Under the pieces are notes generated by a model. It saw nothing but the letters and a program-made list of their open reading frames with translations, made no database searches and was not told the DNA's origin. The position numbers were made by a program, and so were the translations under genes. Below are positions 24,372-36,632 of a DNA stretch of 64,000 nt, one piece after another. The DNA is from Macrostomum lignano (taxonomy: Eukaryota): contig NIVC01001762.1 of the NCBI GenBank assembly GCA_002269645.1, positions 124,001-188,000 of the forward strand, read 5' to 3'. Within the stretch, counting starts at the first letter, position 1. Every line of letters starts with the position of its first letter.

Positions 24372-27228
24372 CTAGCTCCGGCTGCCAGCAGCAGGGGCCA
24401 GCTCGGACATGAGCCGCTCCAGTTCGGCCAGCTCTGCCTTGGCCTGCTCAGAGTCCTGGCAGAGGCCGGTGAGGCAGCCGATCCGATCGCAGCGGACCAG
24501 CAGCTGCACCAGGTCGGGGGCGGTGGCGCACCTGGACAGGTCGCGGGGCGTCGGCAGCTGGATGGGCGAGCCGGTGGCCGCGTCGGAGGCCGCGGCGCGA
24601 ATGGCGTCGACGTCGAGCCGATTGCCCAGGGAGGCGACGACTGCCAATGGGGTTGCGTAGGCGGGCTTGAGAGGATGAGAGATGAAGGAGAAATGCGAAG
24701 AGGAAAAAAACAAGCATGAGAGAGACAAGAAATAAAGACCAGAAAGGGAGACCAGAGAGGGAAGCAAGAGAGGGAGAGAAGAGGGGGAGACAAGAGAAGG
24801 AGACAAGAGAGAGAGAGACAAGAGAGGGAGACAAGAGACAAGAGAGGGAGACAAGAGAGAGACAAGAGAGGGAGACAAGAGAGAGACAAGAGAGGGAGAC
24901 AAGAGAGAGACAAGAGAGGGAGACAAGAGAGAGACAAGAGAGAGATAAGAGAGGGAGACAAGAGAGAGATAAGAGAGGGAGACAAGAGAGAGACAAGAGA
25001 GGGAGACAAGAGAGAGACAAGAGAGGGAGACAAGAGAGAGACAAGAGAGGGAGACAAGAGAGAGACAAGAGAGAGATAAGAGAGGGAGACAAGAGAGAGA
25101 CAAGAGAGGGAGACAAGAGAGAGACAAGAGAGGGAGACAAGAGAGAGACAAGAGAGGGAGACAAGAGAGGGAGACAGGAGAGGGAGACAAGAGACAAGAG
25201 AGGGAGACAAGAGAAGGAGACAAGAGGAGACAAGAGAGGGAGACAGGAGAGGGAGACAAAGAGACAAGGGAGGGAGACAAGAGAAGGAGACAAGAGGGGG
25301 AGACACGAGAGGGAGACAAGAGGGGGAGACACGAGAGGGAGACAAGAGGGGGAGACACGAGAGGGAGACAAGAGGGGGAGACACCAGAAGGAGACAAGAG
25401 AGGAAACAAAGAGAGGCAAGGGAGGGAAGCAAGAGGGAGACAGAGGAGAGAAACAGCAAGCCACAGCGCAAACTTACTTGACTGAATTCTTAGCAGTTTT
25501 ACCTCCATAGGTGAATAACAAAATCTGAGTTCTGAAAGAATGAATGAGAAACAGTTTAAATTTGAACTAATATCTGACTAACAAAGGGCACACACTGTAA
25601 GCTCAATATATCCATGCCCCATGGAGGCAGCTCTGCATAGAGAGGTACTCTGAACGCAGCCAGAGAAAACGACAATAGCCACTTGAGCTTTTCTAGGAAT
25701 CATTGACGGAAAATTTCCAGGAAAATGACGCAACTAACTGCAGGTGCGGGGACTGTGCTAAAAATAGACACCAGGCTGAGAGCATTTCCAGGAAATCCAA
25801 TGCACATTAGCGCGCCTCGCAAATTCGCACTTCGTCAATCCACTAAATGGACTAATTCTAGAGCGGCCGCACAGCCGAAAGACCTTAGAGTGGTACATCA
25901 GCTGCACCACCCCTATATGCACTGTTGCACTGCATGCTATAAGGACAGCAGGTTCTATTAGTGCTTTCTGACATTTCACATTTCACATTTCACAGCTGAC
26001 ATCTCACATTTGGCGCCTCTGAAATCCTCCCCCGACATTTGGCGCCTCTGAAATCCCCCCCGACGTTTAGCGCCTCTGAAATCCTCCCCGACGTTTAGCG
26101 CCTCTGAAATCCTCCCCCCGACATTTGGCGCCTCTGAAATCCCCCCCGACGTTTAGCGCCTCTGAAATCCTCCCCGAAATTTGGCGCCCCTGAAATACTC
26201 CCCGAAATTTGGCGCCTCTGAAATCCTCCCTCCGAAATTTGGCGCCTCTGAAATCCCCCCGACATTTGGCGCCTCTGATATCCCCCCCGACATTTGGCGC
26301 CTCTGAAATCCTCCCCGAAATTTGCCGTCTCTGAAATCCTCCCTCCGAAATTTGGCGCCTCTGAAATCCCCCCCCTGACATTTGGCGCCTCTGAAATCCT
26401 CCCCCCCGACATTTGGCGCCTCTGAAATCCCCCCCGACGTTTAGCGCCTCTGAAATCCTCCCCCCGACATTTGGCGCCTCTGAAATCCCCCCGACGTTTA
26501 GCGCCTCTGATATCCCCCCCCGACATTTGGCGCCTCTGAAATCCTCCCCGAAATTTGGCGTCTCTGAAATCCTCCCTCCGAAATTTGGCGCCTCTGAAAT
26601 CCTCCCCTGACATTTGGCGCCTCTGAAATCCTCCCCGACGTTTAGCGCCTCTGAAATCCTCCCTGAAATTTGGTGCCTCTGAAATCCTCCCCCCGACATT
26701 TGACGCCTCTGAAATCTTTCGAAATTTGGCGCCTCTGAAATCCTCCCCCAAGCAGCCGGCAAGCCTGTATTGAAAAGGCGCTCACTCACCCTTATCAAAC
26801 TTGTTGGCAATGTCGCCACAGCCGACTTGATCCCAGCGCATCGCGCTAACAAACACAGCACCAAAGCTGTCGCCATAGTTTTCTTGAAGCCAGCCTAGCG
26901 CGACTTTCCACACCTTGCTCATTGGCACCTCAGCCGTGGACTCCAACTGCAGCGGAATGAATATAAGAGATTTAGTAAGTATAGCATTGAGAAATTCATC
27001 AATCCATTGGGATTTTAGATCTCCGCTACCCACCTGCCGCATTGTGCCATCATCGTCAATGCAGAAACTGTTCTCAAGCTCACGCGGCAGTCCGCACTCA
27101 CTGACCAGCGCGCCGAGCAACTTGCACGGGAGCTTCAATAGTAGACGTCGATCTGTAAAAATCAACTTGTTGTTGACCTCTTCAAAGTGCTCCGTGGACT
27201 TCAGGGAAGTCCCAACCGAGGATTGCAT
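24372..27228 (-). CDS. Uncharacterised spliced gene; supported exons 27228-26790 and terminal 24665-24372; an intervening exon is required by phase; possible BACK-like helical segment
   Basis: Upstream exon ends at a G|GTGAGT donor (phase 1). The GC-rich terminal exon [14 protein letters not shown]...[11 protein letters not shown] follows a pyrimidine tract and AG (phase 0). [18 protein letters not shown]...SAMRW loosely recalls BACK-domain V..E..V..A...W motifs. A candidate middle exon lies near 25937-25880. Confidence 0.45.
24715..25450 (-). repeat. Intronic CT-rich minisatellite (TCTCTTGTCTCCCTC-type units on - strand)
   Basis: Direct reading; runs up to the acceptor at 24666. Confidence 0.9.
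25975..26750. repeat. ~27-30-bp minisatellite (TTTGGCGCCTCTGAAATCCTCCCCGAAA-like)x~27
   Basis: Direct reading; source of the GRISEAPNF ORFs. Confidence 0.92.
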
Positions 27229-27464
27229 TCTCCCTTTCTCAGTCTCTGGTCCCAGCGCTTACAGTGCCGCCCGACCGAGGCTGGGCGTGACCTGCTGCGC
27301 CTGGAAAGATTTTCTGAATTAATGCAAGCTAGCTATAGGCTCGCTTCAGCCTACTGACAATACTAGTATTGTGAGGAAAAAAACAGGCGAATCATGCTGC
27401 ATGAGTATTTGCTGTCATGCTGTCATGCTATATGAGTATGCATGAGTGCTGCATGAGTACCACT

Positions 27465-28762
27465 CTATTCTGAATTAATCTCACACCTGACCACTATTCT
27501 AAATTAATCTCACACCTGGCCACTATTCTGAATTAATCTCACACCTGACCACTCTATTCTGAATTAATCTCACACCTGACCACTCTATTCTGAATTAATC
27601 TCACACCTGACCACTCTATTCTGAATTAATCTCACACCTGACCACTCTATTCTGAATTAATCTCACACCTGACCACTCTATTCTGAATTAATCCCACACC
27701 TGACCACTCTATTCTGAATTAATCCCACACCTGACCACTCTATTCTGAATTAATCTCACACCTGACCACTCTATTCTGAATTAATCACACCTGACCACTC
27801 TATTCTGAATTAATCTCACACCTGACCACTCTATTCTGAATTAATCTCACACCTGACCACTCTATTCTGAATTAATCTCACACCTGACCACTATTCTAAA
27901 TTAATCTCACACCTGACCACTATTCTGAATTAATCTCACACCTGACCACTCTATTCTGAATTAATCTCACACCTGACCACTCTATTCTGAATTAATCCCA
28001 CACCTGACCACTCTATTCTGAATTAATCTCACACCTGACCACTCTATTCTGAATTAATCTCACACCTGACCACTCTATTCTGAATTAATCTCACACCTGA
28101 CCACTATTCTGAATTAATCTCACACCTGACCACTATTCTAAATTAATCTCACACCTGACCACTATTCTGAATTAATCCCACACCTGACCACTCTATTCTG
28201 AATTAATCTCACACCTGACCACTCTATTCTGAATTAATCTCACACCTGACCACTCTATTCTGAATTAATCTCACACCTGACCACTATTCTAAATTAATCT
28301 CACACCTGACCACTATTCTGAATTAATCTCACACCTGACCACTCTATTCTGAATTAATCTCACACCTGACCACTCTATTCTGAATTAATCCCACACCTGA
28401 CCACTCTATTCTGAATTAATCTCACACCTGACCACTCTATTCTGAATTAATCTCACACCTGACCACTCTATTCTGAATTAATCTCACACCTGACCACTAT
28501 TCTGAATTAATCTCACACCTGACCACTATTCTAAATTAATCTCACACCTGACCACTATTCTGAATTAATCCCACACCTGACCACTCTATTCTGAATTAAT
28601 CTCACACCTGACCACTATTCTGAATTAATCTCACACCTGACCACTATTCTGAATTAATCCCACACCTGACCACTCTATTCTGAATTAATCTCACACCTGA
28701 CCACTCTATTCTGAATTAATCTCACACATGACAACTCTATTCTGAATTAATCTCACACCTGA
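27465..28762. repeat. 29-31-bp minisatellite (TCTCACACCTGACCACTCTATTCTGAATTAA)x~42
   Basis: Direct reading. Confidence 0.95.
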
Positions 28763-29177
28763 CTGCCGCACTGTCAGGCATAAAGCCAAAGCTATCAAAT
28801 TCTATAAAAAAGCAAAATTAACAAATGATAAAATAAGTCAGTAAAAAAATTTCAATTCACGTTTTCAAGTAGGAGGCTACGCGGACCATCAAAGTAAAAA
28901 AGCCGCAAAGCTTTTTATTAATAATTATTTATCAACATGTTTGATTTTCTACCAGCACTGCTGCCAATTGAAAATGTCTTCATCAATTGCATGAAAACTG
29001 ATGGAGATTGAGTTCGAACAGAGATTGGACAAGGCATGAGGAGCTTTATAGAATGACTCGAGAACAGTTAAGGACAGAAAACGGGTCTATTCATACTCAC
29101 AGCGGCTATCTACCCATAGCCAAACACTAATAAATCATGCTAAACCAAGAGAACTTAAACCAACTCAGTGATCCTCT

Positions 29178-29580
29178 AGCTGACTCAGCTACAGCCCAGC
29201 TGACTCAGCTGCGGTGCAACTGACTCAGCTACAGTCCAGCTAACTCAGCTACGGTACAACTGACTCAGCTACAGCGCAACTGACTCAGCTGCGGTGCAAC
29301 TGACTCAGCTACAGCACAACTGACTCAGCTGCGGTGCAACTGACTCAGCTACAGCACAACTGACTCAGCTAAATCGCAACTGACTCAGCTACAGCCCAAC
29401 TGACTCAGCTACCGCCCAACTGATTCAGCTACAGCGCAACCGACTCAGCTACAGCACAACTGACTCAGCTAAATCGCAACTGACTCAGCTACAGCCCAAC
29501 TGACTCAGCTACAGCACAACTGACTCAGCTACAGCCCAACTGACTCAGCTACAGCCCAGCTGACTCAGCTGCAGCGCAAC
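29178..29580. repeat. 20-bp minisatellite (TGACTCAGCTACAGCCCAAC)x~20, in the probable eIF4E2 3' UTR
   Basis: Begins ~35 bp downstream of the eIF4E2 stop; candidate AATAAA on the - strand at 28919-28914. Confidence 0.92.
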
Positions 29581-29613
29581 CATCGCAGCCGCATCACAGG
29601 CAGCCAGTGCTCA

Positions 29614-31356
29614 CTACCGCACATAGACATCGGTATTCCTGTAGCTGGACCTGTCCTTGAGCGAGTCTGTATGCCGCTTGTACTCAATAATGGTGTTGGC
29701 TGGAAGGTTCAGGGTCCGCTTAATGATATCGCGGATCTGCTTGGTGGTGACGTCATCAGTGGCGGTTCGGTTCCACACGGACAGGATGTCCTCCTTGAAG
29801 CGGATAGACATCACGGTGCCGCAGATTTCGTCGCCAACATCGAACTGCTCGCCAAGCAGAGCGAACAGCATGGCCTCGAAGCAGCGCGAGGCCAGGCCCT
29901 TCTTGAGCCGGATGATCCACTTGCCGCCGTCCTTGTTGTGCGCGTCCTCCCACATGGGCCGGACGCCCTCCTGGCGGGCGGCGGGTGGGAGGGGGACAAT
30001 TCATCATCAATGATTAACTAGACACTTTGATGCTCTGTAAGCGAAAATTATACAGATCTTTTTTACAACTGAAAGTCACGAAGAAAAAACTAGGTCACCA
30101 GCTGGATAACTGCCTTGAATTCCCAAAAGAATGACTGCTGTATTTTCTACAGGACAACTGCCCAAATCCCAGTGGGATAACTGCCATTTTTCTACCAGAC
30201 AACTGCCAGTTTTCTACCAGATAACTGTCATTTTTCTACCAAATAACTGCCAGTTTTCTACCAGATAACTGTCATTTTTCTACCAGATAACTGCCAGTTT
30301 TCTACCAGATAACTGTCATTTTTCTACCAGATAACTGCCAGTTTTCTACCAGATAACTGTCATTTTTCTACCAGATAACTGCCAGTTTTCTACCAGATAA
30401 CTGCCATTTTTCTACCAGATAACAATCATTTTTCTAAAAGATAACTGCCAGTTTTCTACAAAACAACTGCCATTTTCTACCAGATAACTGCCATTTTTCT
30501 ACCAGATAACTATCATTTTTCTACCAGATAACTGCCAGTTTTCTACCAGATTCACACCCATTCACACTCATTTCTCATTCACACCCATGAGAAAGGTTGC
30601 CTTGCAATTCACACCCAGGAGGGCACAGAGTGTACAATGCCTGATAATTAGAAAGGTTGCCTTGCAATTCACACCCAGGAGGGCACAGAGTGTACAATGC
30701 CTGATAATTAGAAAGGTTGCCTTGCAATTCACACCCAGGAGGGCACAGAGTGTACAATGTCTGATAATTAGAAAGGTTGCCTTGCAATTCACACCCAGGA
30801 GGGCACAGAGTGTACAATGTCTGATAATTAGAAAGGTTGTCTTGCAATTCACACCCAGGAGGGCACAGAGTGTACAATGTCTGATAATTAGAAAGTTATC
30901 TATCTATCTTCCTATCTACATGTAGGCGCTTAAACAATGCAAGTTCCAGCGACCTGCTGCCCGCACCTTGAAGATCAAGTAATCAGTCTGAGTGTCGATA
31001 TCGCTGGGCCGGACCAGGTAGGCGTACAGGTGCCAGAACTGTTCCAATGAGCGAAAAGTGGCCACCTGACAGAGCGTCTCATCGTACGAAGGCTTCTGCG
31101 AGCCGGTGGCTACAGTGGAGCATTTTCTGTTGTACCACAGGGTGTAGGCGTACTGCAGTCTGTGCTCCGAGCTCGACGGCTCGCTGCCGATGTGCTGCGA
31201 CTCGCCTCTCGGCTCCACAGCCGAGGCGGACGCGGATCCGCTTTGCTCGTCCTCGTCATCCTCGTCATCGCTGGTAACATCAACCTCCGCTTCTGGATTG
31301 TCCTCGTCTGCCAGCAATTTGAATGGATTGAAAGGCTGGGCCGGCTGGTGTTGCAT
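29614..31356 (-). CDS. eIF4E2: Eukaryotic translation initiation factor 4E class II (4EHP); exons 31356-30967 and 29970-29614; 248 aa
   Basis: HRLQYAYTLWY...SYDE...LEQFWHLYAYLVRP...LIFK|EGVRPMWEDAHNKDGGKWIIRLKKGLASRC...GEQFDVGDEICG...EDILSVWN...LNLPANTIIEYKRHTDSLKD. Tyr at the W43- and W56-equivalent positions defines class II. The intron is GT-AG, phase 0. Confidence 0.95.
30165..30550. repeat. 21-bp minisatellite (TTTTCTACCAGATAACTGCCA) in eIF4E2 intron
   Basis: Direct reading. Confidence 0.92.
30590..30895. repeat. 60-bp tandem repeat x5 in eIF4E2 intron
   Basis: gaaaggttgccttgcaattcacacccaggagggcacagagtgtacaatgcctgataatta in exact 60-bp register. Confidence 0.95.
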
Positions 31357-31606
31357 TTTCTTTGGTGCAGAAAAACTTCAAAACTGCAAAGTTGGGATGA
31401 ATTATCGCAGTCTGACACGGTGCATTGTTTGATCAGCAAGTTGATGCCCATCAACTTCAATTGCACAGATCATATTTCATTATTGTTGGGATCCTTCAGG
31501 ATTTAGAGATAATGAGATTGGGATCAAGATCCTGTTGATACCTAGTCTCAGGTGTAAACTGGAAATGGTTTTGTGCCAATTTGTGTCATGACACAGGTAT
31601 TATACC

Positions 31607-31778
31607 CATACATGTGCAACCTTGGGATTCACTCGGCCGTTTTCATTGGCAACACACACATGTAAGTTGCTATTGGCCAAGAGCAGTCACATGACTACTA
31701 TTCCATCCAATAGCGACTTATATGTGTGTGTTGCCAATGGAAATGGCCGGGTGAATCCCAAGGTTGCGCCCAAGCATG
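31607..31778. mobile_element. 172-bp hairpin MITE (hAT-like, 8-bp TSD), copy 1
   Basis: Long internal inverted repeat (gcaaccttgggattcac...gtgaatcccaaggttgc) flanked by perfect ATTATACC duplication (31599-31606, 31779-31786). Confidence 0.85.
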
Positions 31779-32201
31779 ATTATACCTAAGTTTGGGACAC
31801 TGCCCTTCTTAGAATTTTTATCCCTAGGTTTGCCTAAGTTTGGTTAGCAACATTTGTAATAATCATGCCTTGAATTTGAAAATAGCACCTTGACATTAAG
31901 AAATTAGTGTCAAATAAAGCCTTAGCTTTTGATGGAAAACCTTAAATGAAAATTAAAAGGATGCCAAACCACCATTTAGTATATTTTTATTATCTACATC
32001 CCAGGCTGCTTAGGTGAAAAAAATTAAAAGTTGAATTTCTTATTCAAAATCATTTCAATACCATACAACACTAAATTGTATCCTTTAGCTAACTGTGCAA
32101 CATGTTGTAACTTGCACCTGGTACCCTTATCTATTCCAGATAAGGGTACCCTTATCTAACTTGGGCTTTTCATCAATTTTGTAATATGATGCCCCAAGTT
32201 T

Positions 32202-32516
32202 AAAATTTGTTTGCAGGGGATCATGTACCATGTCTTGTCTAAACCCTTGTTTAGGCTACCTAATAGAGATTCCACAAAAGTAAGTCGTGATTTTTTGGCG
32301 TCCTTCCCTTCTCTTTTTTAACCCTCCTTTCAATTTTGTTATACAATCCCTGACAGTGTGAAACAATGTTGTCTATACTATAAGGGGATTATAAAACAAA
32401 AATGAGGGAAGGTCAGGCGTGGAATTATTAGATAGTGTATGAACTATCTTTACTTCATCTATAAGTGCAATACCTTGATTTAATTTTTGATATATGATCC
32501 CCCGCAAACAAATTTT
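32202..32516. mobile_element. Possible ~315-bp MITE bounded by a 23-bp inverted repeat
   Basis: aaaatttgtttgcaggggatcat (32202) vs atgatcccccgcaaacaaatttt (32494-32516), 22/23 complementary; no TSD identified. Confidence 0.45.
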
Positions 32517-33559
32517 CTTGTTAAAGTCCAGCTAAAGAATTCATTGAAGGCTTTATAAGGCCTTGACTTAAGAATACCCAAAGCTTATTGCAAAAGCAAA
32601 TTGAAAAATTCCTAGAGCATTATTAGCCTATTAATAGGACAAAGAAAGATTGTATTTAAAATGTAACTGATTAAGCCTAGGCCTAACAACTTCATAAGTT
32701 TATAATTATATTATTAAGCAATATAGGACTAATCTATTCAATGAATTGAAAAACTCTTCAGACTTAATGAGTTAAAACTCATTTATACCCTATGGCTAAG
32801 CCTATAGGGTCTACTGAATCAGATTTATTATTAGGCCTACTTTAAAGTTGAATCAAATTAGATTTGACTGAAAATCAAGCATTATGGACAATCTTACTAA
32901 TACTAAGTCTAAGGCTAGGCCTACTAATACTAATTTCATTTTATGATTATTAAATTAGACTAGATGAAGTCTATTACTGAAAAAATACTGAGTCTAAGAT
33001 GCCATGCCAAAAACATGACCTTAATTATTAATATGGGACGCCACTGCATAACTTTCAATGTGGTCATGTGGATTACTGGTGGATTAGGCGGCCATTGCCA
33101 AGGTACCAATGACAATGTTATCCAAAAATTACAGGTTGAGATATTGCTACTATTACAAGAGCTATCTATTGGTCCATACTTCATGGTTATTGGTTATTCA
33201 TATTTTTTCAAAACTTAGGAACAGTCTGTGACCACCCACCAAAATGAAGTTGATATTTAATTCATACAAGCTGTTGAAACCCGCGGATTTTGAACCCGGG
33301 GAATTCCAATCCCCGGAACTACTTAAATTGCATGTATTCTGAAATCTAAGGTCATACACAAACAAAAACTTGTTAATAGTTAGTAGGATAGAGGTAGACA
33401 TAAAATGAACACATTAGTGTAAAATTAGGATTTGAAGCAAACATTGATATTGTTGGCTGGGTTACTTCACAGAATGTCAGGCAATGTCTGTCTGACTCTA
33501 AAACATGTATTGGCAAACTCTGGCCTCTCCCTGACTCTCCCTATGTCCCTTGGATCCTT

Positions 33560-34156
33560 TAAAATTTCTATCGTTTCTTCTGTTTCCTCTCTTCTCTCTC
33601 GTCCCTCGTCTCTCCTCTCTCTTCTCTCCTCTCTTCTCTCATATCTTCCTCATCTCTCTTCTCTTTCATCTCTCTTATCTCTTCTCTCTTCTCTCTTCTC
33701 TCCTCTCTCCTGTCTCCTCTCTACTTTTCGTTTTCTCTCTCCTCTCCTCTCTCCTATCTTCTTTCGTATCTTCCCTCATCTCTCTTCTCTTTCATATCTC
33801 TTATCTCATCTCTTCCCTTTTCTTTTCTCTCTCCTCTCCTCTCTCCTCTCTACTTTTTCGTTTTCTCTCTTCTCCTCTCTCTCCTCTCTCCCCCTCTTCT
33901 CTCGTCTCTTCCTTCTCCTCTCTATTCTTTTCTCTCTTCTCTTAACTCTCTCCTCTCTCCTCTTTCCTCTCTCTCTCTCTCCTCTCTCCCCTCTTCTCTC
34001 ACCTCTTTCCTCTCATCTCTTTTCTTGTTTTATATCTTCTCTCTCCCCTCGTCACTCGTCTCTTCCCTCACCTCTCTTCTCTCTTGTCTGCGTTTTTATC
34101 TCTCCTTTCTCTTCTTTTATCTTTTCTCTCTTATCTCTTCTCGTTTCTCTCTGCTC

Positions 34157-34228
<72 letters not shown>

Positions 34229-34532
34229 GTCTCTCTCTCTCTATCTCTCTCTCTCTCTCTCATCTCTCCTCTCCCATCTCTCTTCTTCTCTCTACTCTCT
34301 CCCCTCTTCATTCTCCTATTTCCTCTTCTCTCTCCCTGTCTCTCCTCTCTCCTCTAGTCTCTGTAATCTCTGTAATCTCTCTAGCCTCTCATCTCTTTTC
34401 TTGTTTTATATCTTCTCTCTCCCCTCGTCACTCGTCTCTTCCCTCACCTCTCTTCTCTCTTGTCTGCGTTTTTATCTCTCCTTTCTCTTCTTTTATCTTT
34501 TCTCTCTTATCTCTTCTCGTTTCTCTCTGCTC

Positions 34533-34610
<78 letters not shown>

Positions 34611-35400
34611 TCTCCTCTCCCATCTCTCTTCTTCTCTCTACTCTCTCCCCTCTTCATTCTCCTATTTCCTCTTCTCTCTCCCTGTCTCTCCTCTCTCCTC
34701 TAGTCTCTGTAATCTCTTCTCTCTTAACTCTCTTCTGTTCTCTCTACTCTCCATCTCTCGTCTGTTCACCCTCATCTCTGCTCTCTCATCTGTCATCTTT
34801 ACTCTCTAATACGTTCTCTCACTTATCTCCTCTGTACTCTTCTCTTTCACCTCTTCTGACTCCTCTCTTTCCTTACTCCTCTCTTCTTTTCTCTTCCCTC
34901 TTCTATACTCTCTCTCCTCTATTATCTTCTCTCGTCTCTCTGCACTCTCCTCTCACCTTTTTCATCTCTCATCTTTACTCTCTCATCTCTCCTTTCATTT
35001 GTCTCATCTCTACAATCTCATCTCTCCTTTCTCCCCTCTTCTTACACCCCTCTCTTATCTCTATCTCTTCTCTTCTCACTCCTCTCTCCCCCTCTTATCT
35101 CCTCTCTTCTCTATCCTTTCTACTCTCTCCTCTCCTCTTGACCCTCTGTCATCTTCTTTCTGCTCTCTCATCTCTACTCTCTTCTCACTCTTCTCTACTC
35201 TCCTCTCATCGATCCTCTGTCTCATCTCTCCCCTCTTCTCAGCTTTACTCTTTCCTCTCCCTCCTTTCTCCCCTCCTCTCGCTTCTTCCTCCCTTCTTCT
35301 CTGCTCTCTCCTCACCACTTGTCTCTCCTCTTATCTTTCATGTTTTCTCTTATCCCCCTCTCGCCTCTCCTCTCTTCTAATAGTCTATTCCTTCTCCTTT
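33560..35400. repeat. CT-rich low-complexity tract with (CT)n cores and a ~376-bp internal duplication
   Basis: tctcatctcttttcttgttttatatc... at ~34011 and ~34387. Confidence 0.9.
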
Positions 35401-35437
35401 CCACTCTCATCTGGCCCGCACATAAGCTGGATTCTTT

Positions 35438-36632
35438 ATCTGGCTTTTGAAGTAAAAGTCTGCCGATCCCTGCTTCGAAAGCCAGTTTGTGGGACGTACT
35501 ACTCTCATCGTTATTCTCATGCTTTGATCACGTCATCTTTCTTGCCAATTTGCAGCCCTAAAAGGAATTTGTGTATCTTCAGCTCCACTGCAGTTTGCAT
35601 CAGTCTAACAACCAAGGAAATACGCATTTTTTAGGCCATTTAAATTTCAAAGTACTTTTAAGAGAAACTTAAAATTTCCATGGTGTGCCTAATTTAGTAG
35701 GGTTGTATTTCATTGCATCGCATCGCCTTTTCATAAATCTTTCGCTTTTACAAACCATGCTGGATTGCCTCGATTTGCCAATTGCCATCCACTGTTAAAC
35801 TGCTGCAGAGTTTGCCTATACAGAGGGGAGGGCAGTGGTTAGAATTTCTCACTAAACTGTTTTGGCTAAACGTAGCCTCTCCACTTGCGAGAAGGCTATA
35901 AATAAAGTTATTCCAAAACACTGTACATTTGCTATGTACATTCAGTCCTATCGCCTGACCCTTCGTCTGGCTCTGGGGGAATGAGTGAGTGAGTGGCACA
36001 AACAACAGAAAAAGCAGACAAACTTCACACGCTTACAGTTTCTTTTCTGAATGAGTTACAGAGTTGAAACTTTACAGTTAGACAGAGAATGAGTCAATGA
36101 AGAATTGTGTCAAGTTTGAAGTCAATCGCTTTACGTGGAGCAAACTTATGGCAGCTGAAAGTTAGTCAATTTTGAAACCCTTTTACACATCTGGGCCCAG
36201 CCAGATCGGGAAAGAGGGCAGGCGGGCGGAGGTTGGGGTGGCTGTCTCGCTGAAAAAAGCAGACTAACTTTAAAAGTGCATAGCGCCGTTCAGGATTGAC
36301 TTTGAGACTCGAAATTTTACACGATTGTGCCAAAATAGTTGAAGATTGTTCATGTCAAATTTGAAGAGGGTCGGTAGAAGTGTAGCGGCGCTATGGAGGA
36401 TTAAGTGAAAAAATCGCGCATTTTGAGCAGTTTTTTGTACTTTTAGGTAGGAAGACTTGAGTCTAGGAAATTAAAAGGTAGCCTAAGACATTCTCCGTAG
36501 TAAGTTTAGGGTGGGTGTAAAGTTTGGTGTAATTTGGTTGAGCGGTTTGGGAGTCCATAGCGATCAAAATTGTCCACACACAGACAGACAGACAGACAGA
36601 CAGACAGAGTTTTGATTTTTATAGTTAGAGAT
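35438..36632 (+). mobile_element. Candidate non-autonomous Helentron/DINE-1(HINE)-like element
   Basis: 5' short inverted repeat ctggcttttgaag...cttcgaaagccag (35440-35485), recurring internal AA(G/A)TTTG modules, subterminal (GACA)n (36581-36607) and a tttatagttagagat end. Boundaries are inferred. Confidence 0.4.

Noticed and set aside
33432-35634. Long Leu/Ser-rich 'membrane protein' ORFs
   Set aside because: Translations of CT low-complexity sequence.
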